A stretch of 35,691 nt of DNA from NCBI GenBank assembly GCA_030141605.1, contig JAQGDQ010001537.1, forward strand, positions 1 to 35,691. Direction: 5' to 3'. The translations under genes were made by a program, and so were the position numbers. A model generated the notes under the pieces. The model searched no databases and had not been told where the DNA came from. It worked only from the letters and a program-made list of their open reading frames with translations. This stretch comes from Tubiluchus corallicola (lineage: Eukaryota; Animalia; Priapulida). Below, piece after piece: positions 11,921-22,854 of this stretch (the stretch's first letter is position 1; each line of letters begins with the position of its first letter).

Positions 11921-12760
11921 CTAAAAAGAAGCAAGTGCAGATCGATGAAACGAGGTCACACAGTTTAGAAAGGGACAGTAAAGCAATATTTTATGAGTAA
12001 CTTTGTAACCACGTGCAAAATGAAAAACAGAAATTGTGCTGTACATGTGAATGGGTCAGCATTAAAATGAAAAGCAGGCAGGCCAAGCAAAACTACAAAA
12101 ATGGGAAATGTTCACAAAACTGCTGCATACAGGCACTAGGCAAACTATCAATTTATTTTGCAACTAATTCTTTAACTCTACAGTTTAGTATAAGTAATAA
12201 TATAATATGATTAAATGTATTTTATAACTTTTTTTGTACGTTCATATACTTACATAGTGCAGTCATATAAAAGCATATTTTTTTAAATTTAAAACGTTAA
12301 ACGCAATAATTATATAACATCGTTCTTTCGGGGAACGCAAGATGTGGCCACGTTTTTCGACTGCTAACTCTCGGCCAGGGTTGCCACTTTGTTTGATGCT
12401 CAATGTACTGGATGCGAAAAATTATCTAGTGTTGCCGCTTATGCCATAATTAAGAGGACATCATACACATTCATGATACAAAAAAAGACTATAAAATAAT
12501 AGATAATTTAGTATAATTTAGTGAAACTAAAAACAAAGCATGAAAACTTTGATTTCAGCTGATTTTAATTGTGCCACCATTCAGTTTTAAACATTTACAA
12601 AGCTTTAAAAAAATTTTATTAACATATATATCCCTATTAACATTTTTTGAGTTTAATGGGTAAGGCACAAAAAAAAATTTTCTGGTCAGTCTCTGTCTCG
12701 GTACTAATTTAGAACTTTAATATAATTTGTTGTGAATAAGTTACAACGTACAAAATTTAC

Positions 12761-12857
12761 CTGTAGTGCAGTTGCGTCCCGTATAGTCAGCATCACAGAT
12801 GCAGATATAGTTATTTACTAAGTTAGGTAACATAGTTAGGTAAACAATGATCAATAT
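12761..12857 (-). pseudogene. Damaged calcium-binding-EGF-type exon of the WSC gene
   Basis: ttttgttgtAG|(D)IDHCLPN, a 13-nt scar, then LVNNYICICDADYTGRNCTT|GTaaat. The exon is 97 nt with an in-frame TAA at 12825-12823 and lacks the central two cysteines. Confidence 0.75.
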
Positions 12858-12982
12858 CTACAACAAAATAAAAAGTAGCAGTCACTGTTTGCCAAACTAA
12901 AATGAAATTTGCTATTACAGTCGGTCTCTGTCTACCACTAGTGAGTGTGTAACTGATATAGTATGCCTATGAAATAACTTAC

Positions 12983-13058
12983 CTTGTGCGTGGATATGCA
13001 CTATGTCCAGTAACTTGACAGTGAGTAGTACATATGCTATGTTTTTCAACCCTTGCAT
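12983..13058 (-). CDS. WSC-domain gene, first coding exon (signal peptide); exon starts at 13075
   Basis: tcttgtttAG|17-nt UTR, ATG at 13058, MQGLKNIAYVLLTVKLLDIVHIHAQ-G|GTaagt. The phase 1 end matches all downstream exons. Confidence 0.7.
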
Positions 13059-13141
13059 TGCTTTTCACAATCAGCCTAAACAAGAGATCATTTAGAGGTT
13101 ATCCTTAACTGAGAATCATTTCAAAATTTCAATCTTTAATT

Positions 13142-13620
13142 CAGGGGTGTGCAAATTATCTGACTGGCCGGGCCACATTAAATTTTCCCACAATTCCTGC
13201 GGGCCACAGGCAGTTTGATCAAGGAGCCAAGTACAGAAAGGCCTAATAACGATTTTTTTGCATCCGACCTGCGTACATCATTACTACTACACTCAAGAAA
13301 CTATTTTAGAAGTTATTAAAATTTATATTACAAACCATATATTTCTACTTTCAGGACAGATAGTGGTAATTTCATTACAATGCATATTAGTAATGTGTAT
13401 CACACAGTCAGTGTAGTACAGTGACATTAAGCTACAACCACCTTGTAAGGGTTAGTGGCATCCGATTTAGTAGAAAAAACTACCGGCACTATGTTTGGGA
13501 TCATGGCATGGACTTCAGCTGGATACACTCAATTAATCGCCCGGGCCGCATTATTAGGTTGACAAATCTCTTTGCGGGCCGCACAAATTTTCTCGGCGGG
13601 CCGCAATTTGCACACCCCTG
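13142..13620. mobile_element. hAT-type MITE, 479 bp
   Basis: Perfect 16-bp TIR caggggtgtgcaaatt/aatttgcacacccctg; 8-bp TSD ctttaatt/ctttaatc (7/8); subterminal gcgggccgca motifs. Confidence 0.9.
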
Positions 13621-13684
13621 CTTTAATCAAACCTATCGAAAGTGTGATATTAAAATTGTAAATCTTCTATTTTGACTCACTCAC

Positions 13685-13775
13685 CATTAAGGACATAACT
13701 CTGCAATGTTAAAGTCAAACTTCTGGGTAAAAGTATAAGGAAGGTGTTGAGGAGGTGCTGCTGTATGTGACATTA
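13685..13775 (-). other. Probable 5'UTR exon of the WSC gene, containing a short uORF
   Basis: tccttttcAG|...|GTgagt, 91 nt. It contains ATG...TAA (MSHTAAP...LCP*) with no recognisable domain. Confidence 0.4.
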
Positions 13776-15977
13776 CTGAAAAGGATGAAGCCTCGGTGAT
13801 ATGAAGCCATGCTACACAATTTCAGGAAATTTAAATTGCACAACTTCATGGGTGTATTAATGTATTAAAAAAGTTACGAGTAAGAGTATTTAGCTGTATG
13901 ATATTATATAATAGGCTATCAAGTTTTGACTGTTTTAGAGTTTGGTAAATAACCTCTACTAAAATTTCTGGTCACTCAGTTTATTATTTTTTAATTTTCT
14001 TTTTACCATGGAACAAGTCTCAATAGAGACATAATAACGGGTTCATTTTACTCCAAAGCTGAGGTAAGGTAGGTCAGCCGGATAGCAAAAAAATTTAGGT
14101 TACCGTAAAAAGTTGTTTGTTTTAGGGTTATTGATTTTTTCGACAAATACATTTCCTAGTTCTTTGTTGGGGTTGACACTAACCCAACAACTAGGATACT
14201 GATCTAGTAATTACCAGGCTTCGTGAATTCTGGCTGTTAATATTGAAACTTAGCCTTCTTCTATTAGACGATAGCATTGCACTACAATGCCTATGTCTAT
14301 TCTTGAACAAAGACGTAGTACTATTGATTTGGCATATGCATATAAGATGTTGAACGATGATATTATGCTGCTGCAATCTAGTGGATTTTTGGCGAAATCA
14401 TTTGTTAGGCTTTTTCGTCGGGTTCGGGGTCATTCCGATTAAAATTTTTGTCCTTGTGCTAGAACACTTTTAGTCACCGGGTAAACACAGAATTCGTCTC
14501 CCAAGTAACGTAATAGCTTCTAAGAACACCAGTAAATTTAGTAAAAGTTCACAATAACATTGGCGCGTTCAAAGGCAACTATTGGGTAGCGTCAAAACCA
14601 TTCAATGTCATAGATTCAGTACAAGAGGAAAAAACAAACAGTAAACAAACATACCGTCAAATTTTAATCCAGCTATTTAAAGCTAAGTATTTGCTTCTTT
14701 TCTTAACACTTCGATGTCGTCATTCTGGTTACGTACACAACGATGTTAATGGATTTACTTTTATAATTCTTGCTGCAAAACAACAATCACGAATGACGCT
14801 GCCGACGCGAATCTGCTTACCGCTATGAATAACTTACCGCCATCTATAGTCAGAAACATTGATCAAGCGTTATGCACAATGTCGGACTCGCCACGACCAC
14901 ATACTAAGCTCTACAAATATGATAATTAGAACAATTACAATAAGTTAGTATTTCTGAATAATTAATGAATTGGGTGGCACATTTTACAGTGTAACAAAAT
15001 TTTGCTGATAGTTCAAGACCCCTGATGAAATCACCTCGGGGTTGTCAGGGTTTCTTTCATTCTAGTTTACAAATGAATCTCAGCTATGAAATTTCTATGT
15101 AAATAAAGTTTGCAAATTATTTATAACAAGAACAACATCGGTTTCCAAAACAACCCTCTATTATAACAAATTTTATTCTATTTTTCTATTTCATTGAGAA
15201 AATCCAATGTTTCTACTGCTCACTAGCAGTCTTTTCATATTTCTCAATGATAATTGACACTACGCATTAGAAACGCTCTAATGAGAATGTAATAAAATTT
15301 ATTATACTGGGTTACTTGTGAAAATCTAAATTTTTACAACAGGGAGTCTAAATAGGCTCCATAACAATAAAAGCTTTACATTGCTTTCCTAGAAAAGCAT
15401 TCTAACAAATAAGCAAGTGGGGCGTGGTGGACCTAAACACATTATTGCTTCTATCTCTATTTTGCTATATACTATGTACATAGACATATTTAAGAGTTGT
15501 CTCTTGTTGTCCTATGTAAATCTTTTATAATTTTATTTGAGGTGACGTTTATGTTAAAGTAAAAATAAATTAGGATTGTCTAATGACTATGTTCCTAAGA
15601 AGAATTATTCTGTAAACATAATAACTTTCTCATCAGGGTTGGCCTCTGTTAAAACTGAATTCAATGCTAATATCATCGCGACTGTAATGTAATAATAATT
15701 TCATTTAAAACACAAGTGAAACACTTTAACACTCCATTGTAACACTTTTAGGAACTCAATACTCACTTCCGAGATTGGTCCCGATTACTATTACCCACAT
15801 GTTACTTAGATAGGCCCTGCTTGCTTGGTGAAAGAACAAGTGGTATAATTTTTGAATCTTTGCCATTTTTGAGCCAGCAACCTGTAGGATAATATTGCCC
15901 GGTTGTCACATTAACCTCTGCTTCCCCCTCCCTTTCAAAAGAATATTCGACTAAACTTCGTAAGGTGCATAATTGTA

Positions 15978-16092
15978 ACTGGAAGTTACGTGACAGAGAC
16001 CTATCACCCGGTTTGCTGCTCTGCGGGCCAATAAACGACCAGCATCGAGTGCCATGGCAACGCTCATATCAATATTATTTAAGATGGCGCTT
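15978..16092. promoter_or_regulatory. Promoter-like motif cluster
   Basis: ctggaagt (ETS-like), ttacgtgac (CRE/E-box-like), gccaat, gtgccatggcaac (RFX X-box-like, ~16049-16061) and aagatggcg (YY1-like, 16081); locally CpG-rich. Confidence 0.45.
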
Positions 16093-16399
16093 TTTTCGAT
16101 AATTTTGCTGGAGGATTTCCAGTTTATTGAGATAAAGGGAAAAGCTTATTGCACATACATATGTGCACAATTTTGTTTATGTGAGAACTGTGTAAGAAAT
16201 TTCGTGAGTAACTACAGTGAACTCAACTCTTCCACTGGCACCTCTGTGTAAAATAATGTAATAATTGTGTAGATCATTATACATTTATAGAATTAGTATT
16301 AATAGTATTACCACTCAACCCTACTGATATTTTACAAATGGAAATAATTCAACTTCTGCAAATATGCATATATATTTTCTTGTACCCATTTAAACTGCT

Positions 16400-16620
16400 C
16401 AAAACAAGACTGCTTGGAAGATGGGACAAAAGGAACTATGTATTCTCCCACTACTAGTAGTAAACTGCCGAGTCCACTAGCTCAATTTAAGGCTTGTTTG
16501 GATAAACACTGGCAAAATCACCAAGCAAATACATTGATTGTAACAGGTCTTCTCGGGAGCAGCAAAACCTAGCTATGACATGAAGTCCTCTTCTCCACTG
16601 GTAGTGTCTTCACAAATTTT
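16400..16620 (+). mobile_element. Highly degraded CR1-type LINE 3' end
   Basis: caatttaaggcttgtttggataaacactgg translates to QFKACLDKHW, resembling the CR1 ORF2 terminal FKxxLDxxW motif. Boundaries are approximate. Confidence 0.4.
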
Positions 16621-17199
16621 TAGTTTTTTACAGTCCGCTCGGAAAAGTAGAGGGATACATAGGCAAATATGCTAAATCCCCATCAGTAATATGGATCATG
16701 AATTAATTACACTGGACCGCCAAACAAACTAACCCATTGAGAGTATTTACAAACCAAAGCCATCCATAAGTTGGCATAGTTAAAACTCTGTTATGGTGCT
16801 TCAAAGTAGAATGCACCGAGATTTGGTCGAGTGTCAATTTTTCATTTTCCCCCTAAAACACTAAATATATTGGACATTTATATTCTAACATCAAATCGTT
16901 ACAAAACTGTTAACTTTCATACTCCATACCCAATTCCTTTGTCTAAAAACTGGTAATGCAATTGCAAAAAACTCGGTACATTCAAACTGCAATAGTAGCT
17001 CACGGAAGCAATCATTTTGCTTGAGGTTATTTCTGTTTCCAAGCCTAGATTTTTGCCTGGATTTAAATATAACTTCGCCGTGCTTTTGCAAAGTCCATGT
17101 TCATACAGTTGCTAAGTGCCTTGTAGAAACACGGAAAAAACAACGGCTGACCTTAACAGTGATTTTCTCAAGATTATGTTTTTCAGTGTGCAGCCTGCA

Positions 17200-17312
17200 C
17201 CTCGACTTTAATGTGGATTATCTCAGCTTAGAAATAATATGGAGCAATAAACATTGTATCAAAATGATCCTCATGAAATGCAGATATGTGAATAACTATA
17301 AAAGCTTAATTT
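17200..17312 (+). repeat. Dispersed repeat copy 2; partner at 3385-3495
   Basis: Colinear similarity to 3385-3495. Confidence 0.75.
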
Positions 17313-18498
17313 TCGGCGTATGGATATTCTTTCTATGCATGAACACAAACACAAAGCCACAGTCGACATCGTAAAAAATGCTGTAACAATTTTTTTTATA
17401 ATAATACCATAAAGAAAACACATTTTACATTAGAAGTTAATTACCATTGCATTTTTACAAAAAGAACTTCAAAATCGAGAAACAGGATTCATAAACTAAC
17501 TAGACTGTTTGACTAGATGATTTAACTTAAAGAATCTAACAGTGATACCGTAACAATGATGTACAGTGATAACAACAATAATTCTTTGAAAATTGCACCA
17601 ACAACAACATGCGAGCGTGATTTTTACCAAGACAATCAAATGCAATACAGAGTGCACACCATGCAAAATCTGTGTGCAGGAAGTTGACTGATAGAGTTTT
17701 GCTCATCTGCAGTATCGCTAAGTGCTCTTTTACCAGGTATATATGTCACATGCTGATTTTTATTAAAACGTCCTTAATTTTCTGTTTCGGACGAACTGAC
17801 CCTGCTTGCTTTCATGTTTGGGATCAGTACAAGAATCTGCCCACACAAAACAAGGTCAGACCAATAAAATGCAATCATTTTCATCACGTGTCATCTAATA
17901 ACTGTATATTAAAGTTACTGATGACACTGTTTGCTTCATACAGAGGTTGCTGTGTAGGTGTAATGTTTTATCCCACATAATTTGAGGCAGATAATTGTGT
18001 GTCGGATAGATTTTTTTTACCATTTTTACATACTAGTATAAGTACTAGTATGAAATTGTGTATGTGTAAGCTAATAATATGTATCTTCAGTAATGCAGTT
18101 TGCTGTTTTTTACAAAGTTCAGTGTAACTTGTATTAATGGGCAATCACTCCACGGATCAGCATGCAAATTCGTACATCAAATGTCACTTAACTCTTTCTT
18201 TCGGCATTAAAGAAAATAACACAAGCACAACTGAGTCCAATTAACCAGCTTAAAACAAGAATTATGTCGAAAAGTATGCGATGCTGAATACTAATTATTT
18301 TGCAATATTAAATAATTACAATGTAAATCTAGTTAATTTTCGGTACCACATAAATTTTGAAAAATCGCACCCTTCCATAATACGTGTGTGTGTGTAATGG
18401 ATGCCCTTATATTAAAGCCTAGCCTACACATCACAGTTTACATATATATCCAAATGCTTTGTTGCAGCTACAATAATTTACTTAAGCACAATTAAGGT

Positions 18499-19586
18499 TC
18501 AAGCATAAATTTCTTCAATATCCAGCGATTGACTAATTTTTCTTGACTGTCGACGCCTCATTCGAGCTTGCTTGATTTGATTGAATCGTGTGAGTGAAGA
18601 CACTCGTTTGGCTATGTACTCGGCAATGTCGTAATGTCGTTTATGTTTCATCTGCTTCACCATGGAGTCGTACGAATGCATAAGAAGTACTTTAAATATA
18701 CCCAACACGTATACGAGGGCGAAAGTCATGTAAACGGTGAAAAAGAGCGGACCAAGTTTCGAATGAGCAGCATGGAAAATGCTGGACTCTCCGCCTCGCA
18801 CGATCATGTTAAACAAAGTTTCAAGACTCGAGATGAATGTGGTGAATTGCCTCGCTTCCAGACCAAATACTAACGTCCCAAACATTGCAAACGGTAGTAA
18901 GGTAAAAAGCAGAAACAAACAAAAATGCAACACCGGTTTTATTGACAGCGCCAGACTGAAAAAATACAATGACATGATACGGTTAAAGATGAGAACATGC
19001 CACAGTTTGATGGTCACCAAGATGACCAACCACGCCAACCCACCCGTCAGCGAGAAATCTAACAAAGCGGCTTCGTAGAAGCTGATGAACACGGATTTAT
19101 CACTTTCGGTGTACCGCTCTAGTAATTTTCTCACGACTATCGCCTTTTTTGTGAACAAGATGATGCATACGATGGATAGCAGCACAATGGCAAGATCCAA
19201 CCAGTTCCAGAATTTGCTGAAGTACTTCATTCGTTTGTGATAAAACTTCTTGACTTCACGGTAGATGAAAATAAGCAGAAGCAAGACATAGATCACCTCG
19301 CTTGCAAGTAGAGACAAAGCATTCGACTGAACGTACTTGTATAGGTTCAGAGTGAATATGGACTGATAGGGGAAAATTCCTCCTGTCCCGTGGAACTCCA
19401 CCATCAGATTGACGATGCTGAATAGCTGTGAATTAACACTGAAGAGAGTGAATTCGATCATCACAACACGAGTTTGGTCATCGATCCAGCGCGAGTTAAT
19501 CAGGCGGTTGAATATTTGTCTGTTTACGGTCGTGTTGCGTGTTAGTTCTTGTACGTAGCCTCCGCCACTGTACAGAGCAAAACGAC
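18499..19586 (-). CDS. Polycystin-1-like (PKD1L/REJ family) gene, last exon: end of TOP domain, channel helices, C-tail
   Basis: attttcgcAG|(G)RFALYSGGGYV...RWIDDQTRVVMIEFTLFSVNSQLF...KYFSKFWNWLD...FAMFGTLVFG...LGPLFF; stop TGA at 18501-18499. Confidence 0.95.
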
Positions 19587-19998
19587 CTGCGAAAATAATC
19601 AATAATTAGACAATAATAACCATTATCAAAGATCCAGTGATTGATGAAGATCGTGAAAAAGTCAAAGGTTAAGTGAACCTAACAACGTTATCCATACCAA
19701 ACAATGCATTTGTTTACACTTGATAATGCCTCGAGACCCACGCTGTTGTAATAGTAATAGTTCTTGGCGTTAATCTAAGTCATAATTAAGCATAATTTTG
19801 ATGATTATAATACATTTTTCAAACATTTTAGGTGTTTGTGTGAGAATGACAGCCGTTAAATTATTCATCTTTCCATCAAGTGCTATGCAGAGTATCCAAT
19901 TAAACCACAAACCATACTTAATCATAGGGCAGCTGATAAACTTGTATTTCTGCTTTGGCACCTGGTGATAAAAATGAACAATATTTAAGACTACTTGC

Positions 19999-20181
19999 CT
20001 ACTAATGGCAAAGTCTGTAACTCTGTAGTTGACTGGAAAGTCCACTTATCGGGAGGATACCTCGGGTACTGTCGGTAGCGCCACCCGGAACGGTACGACA
20101 CCTTATCCTGCAGCGGCCAGTAATAGTTCCCGACACACCGCCGTCCAAATGGCTGTACTATCTGAGGAGGTTTACACAAAC
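19999..20181 (-). CDS. Polycystin-1-like gene exon (TOP domain); GC donor
   Basis: ctctttAG|(G)LCKPP...RCVGNY...GW...WTFQSTTEL..LPLV-G|GCaagt, 183 nt, phase 1-1. It joins to give PLVGRFALYSGGGY. Confidence 0.88.
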
Positions 20182-21443
20182 CTAAAGAGCAAATTTGCCG
20201 AGAAATGAAATCAGCTTATTACAATAATTCCAACTTTGCAATCTTTCCTTTTTGTAATAACAAGGTAAAAATGTTTTATCATGAACAATCAACCACGTCT
20301 CAAGCAAATGTGACCTGCACATGTAATTGTTGTAAACTGAGAAGTTTTTTGAAGTTTAACTAAAAGTAACGACGCGAAATAGTATGACAAAATACAGAGT
20401 TTTGTGAACAAGTGGAACACCCACATACAGGAGGCACTAGAAAACCTTTCTTCACATATAACAGGTTTCAGACTTGTATTGTAATCAATGATTTTTATTA
20501 AAAACAAAAAGAATACAAGAAAAAATTTAACTGCCCATTATTCTACAAAAGATTGTAAATGTGATGAGTGAAGATTAAGTAAGTTTACAATTTTACTGTT
20601 ACAGAGTGGAAAATAAAAAGGGAGCGGAAATTATTCGAGTCATGATGGGCTCACAATTTTCCAAAGTCTGCCTTCCCTTTCTACTGAATAACTATTAAAT
20701 CACAATACAAGAAATATTCCTATTGCAAAAAGCTTTAAAAATCGTCTTGAAATACGTGCTGAATAATTGCACACAGAAGTTGATTTGGCAGTAATGTTGT
20801 ATAAAAAGTAAAAATTTAAATGGTCGCACTAACCGTTAGGTGCATTTTGACGGTAGGTCATTTGAAACCAGCTCAGGTAACAAGGTGTAAAGTTTGAAAA
20901 AATAATCAGAGCATTCATAGTGCACTCTTTGCTAACTAAGCAAAAGTTTAAAGTAGTTTATATTGTCAACAAAATTAATAATCTTCAAAAGCAAATTGTC
21001 AGGCATGCTTTTAAAAGTTTAGCTTCCATAAATTCTTGGGCAGTGCAGTTATGCAGCAGGCGAATGGGTGATTCAGAGCAAAAACTCAAGGTTAGCATAT
21101 AAATGCATGACAAAAGTACCTGCTACAAATAAAATGGTGCTTAACCTGATATTTCTACCTATATTATAGCACTCAAAAGTGAAGTATAAAAGTAACAAAT
21201 ACTCTTCGATCACACACAGCAGTCTCATTTTAAGCTTTTGAAACAAAAATATTGACTCAATTATGCAGAGTTATTTGAGCCAGTTACGGAGAATATTTAC
21301 ACATTAAAACTGGGGCCAGTACCAAATGTCATTTAAGCAACTGCTTGTAGTTTTGCAGACATGATGGTACTTATATTTAATGCCTTCAACATGGCCGTTG
21401 CACGACATAAAAAAAACTTGTGTACAAAGATGAGGCAGCAGAC

Positions 21444-21612
21444 CTTTAGCTATACGAAGCTGTCTAAGTCTGACCACGCCCACAAGCCAGGTGGAGGAGT
21501 CTCGGGTGAATCCAGGAGCAAATGGATCACTATTATTATCCATGTTTTCCACAAATAAACTCGGTTCCAGTGTGTTTAATAAGTAATCCCACATACTATC
21601 AACATCTTTTAT
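21444..21612 (-). CDS. Polycystin-1-like gene exon (TOP domain)
   Basis: ttttcttctAG|IKDVDSMWDYLLNTLEPSLF...LVGVVRLRQLRIAK-G|GTctgc, 169 nt, phase 0-1; contains the polycystin G..RLRQLR motif. Confidence 0.92.
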
Positions 21613-21780
21613 CTAGAAGAAAAAACAGTAATAGAATCAGGATGAGACTTCGAATTGAAAATGGTGGAAAATGGGAGAATCAATTTACATTTTACTTGAA
21701 TGATTTACTTTATAAGACATAGTTTTAGTGTAATGGCAAAATGTAACTACTTTGCTGCTGTATATTATACTAACAATGTG

Positions 21781-21795
21781 GTGCCACCTGTTGGC
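21781..21795 (-). promoter_or_regulatory. Candidate CTCF-binding motif
   Basis: Minus strand gccaacaggtggcac matches the CCAxCAGRTGGCRC consensus; motif match only. Confidence 0.35.
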
Positions 21796-21975
21796 AAAAA
21801 ATTGAGATGACTTAGGGATGTGTGTGTGTGTGTATGAGATTTCAGACAGTATTTCTAAAACCATTAAATGTTGTGTTCAGCATCAGCTGTCTCATAATGT
21901 ACTACAGCATGTGTAATAGCACACACATAATAGTGTGTTTCTCAGTAATGTATCAGTTAATTCAGTTCAGCTTAC

Positions 21976-22203
21976 AGCATCTACTTAACCATGTGTTTCA
22001 GCATGTATCATTTATTTCAGTGTATATCATAGTATGTACGTAAGCATGTGTTTCAGTATGTATCATTTATTTCAGTGTATATCCATAGCATGTACGTGTT
22101 ATAGCATGTACTGAACCATGTGTTTCAGCATGTATCATTTATTTCAGTGCATATCATAGCATGTAAATGTTATAGCATGTACTTAAGCATGTGTACTTAA
22201 GCA
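21976..22203. repeat. Imperfect 55-72-bp tandem repeat, ~3 copies
   Basis: catgtgtttcag.atgtatcatttatttcagtg recurs at 21990, 22045 and 22117. Confidence 0.8.
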
Positions 22204-22233
22204 GAATCATGTGATGCAATTGCATGTAAAGCT

Positions 22234-22854
22234 GTGTTGAAACGCCTGGATGAACTATCTAATAATATTAACACTAAATTTCAAAATCTTGAGGAAAAAT
22301 TGTCCCAAAAGATTGAAGACAAACATTCTGAATTAAAGACTGAAGTGAATGTCTTGCGTCAAGTTGTTAAAAATCAACAACGGTTTTTGGAGCAGGTTGA
22401 CGGTCGTCTCCGAAACCAGAACTTAATTATGATGGGCTTAAGTGAAAATAAGGATATCGATGGTGCTAATTCCGACGATGATAAGATAAGGAAAATTCTT
22501 GATGTAGTGGATGTGGAAGCTGCTGTCGTCTCATACAAGAGACTCGGTACAGCTACGAATGGCCGTGATCGTCCTGTGTTGGTCATTGTTGAAAATCATG
22601 ACCAAAGGGACAATGTCGTGAAGAATGCTAATAAGCTTCAATCGTCTGCCAATGCTGCTGTGAAAAAAGTCAGAGTGAAGCGAGACACCCACCCTGCAGT
22701 TCGTGCCGAATGGAAGCGGCTATTTGACGCTGAGAAGTGCGAACGTGACAAACCTGAAAACCGGGGATGCCATATTGAGTTTGACAAGAAAAAGCGTGAG
22801 ATCACCCGGGACGGTGTTGTTATTGATAGTTGGCAACCAATGTCTTTTTTGTAA
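22234..22854 (+). CDS. LINE ORF1 (coiled coil + L1-type RRM/CTD), N-terminus missing
   Basis: Heptad-rich N-part, then RNQNLIMMGLSE, KRLG, RPVLV and VKRDTHPAVRAEWKRL. No start ATG after the upstream in-frame TAA at 22198. Confidence 0.8.
   Translation: MLKRLDELSNNINTKFQNLEEKLSQKIEDKHSELKTEVNVLRQVVKNQQRFLEQVDGRLRNQNLIMMGLSENKDIDGANSDDDKIRKILDVVDVEAAVVSYKRLGTATNGRDRPVLVIVENHDQRDNVVKNANKLQSSANAAVKKVRVKRDTHPAVRAEWKRLFDAEKCERDKPENRGCHIEFDKKKREITRDGVVIDSWQPMSFL

Noticed and set aside
15016-15056. Penelope-type hammerhead at ccctgatgaaatc
   Set aside because: Only an imperfect hairpin; the GAAA core half is absent.
18634-19078. Plus-strand ORFs over the polycystin last exon (and similar short ORFs over other exons and LINE ORF2)
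   Set aside because: Antisense or alternative-frame shadows of real coding sequence with no motifs of their own.
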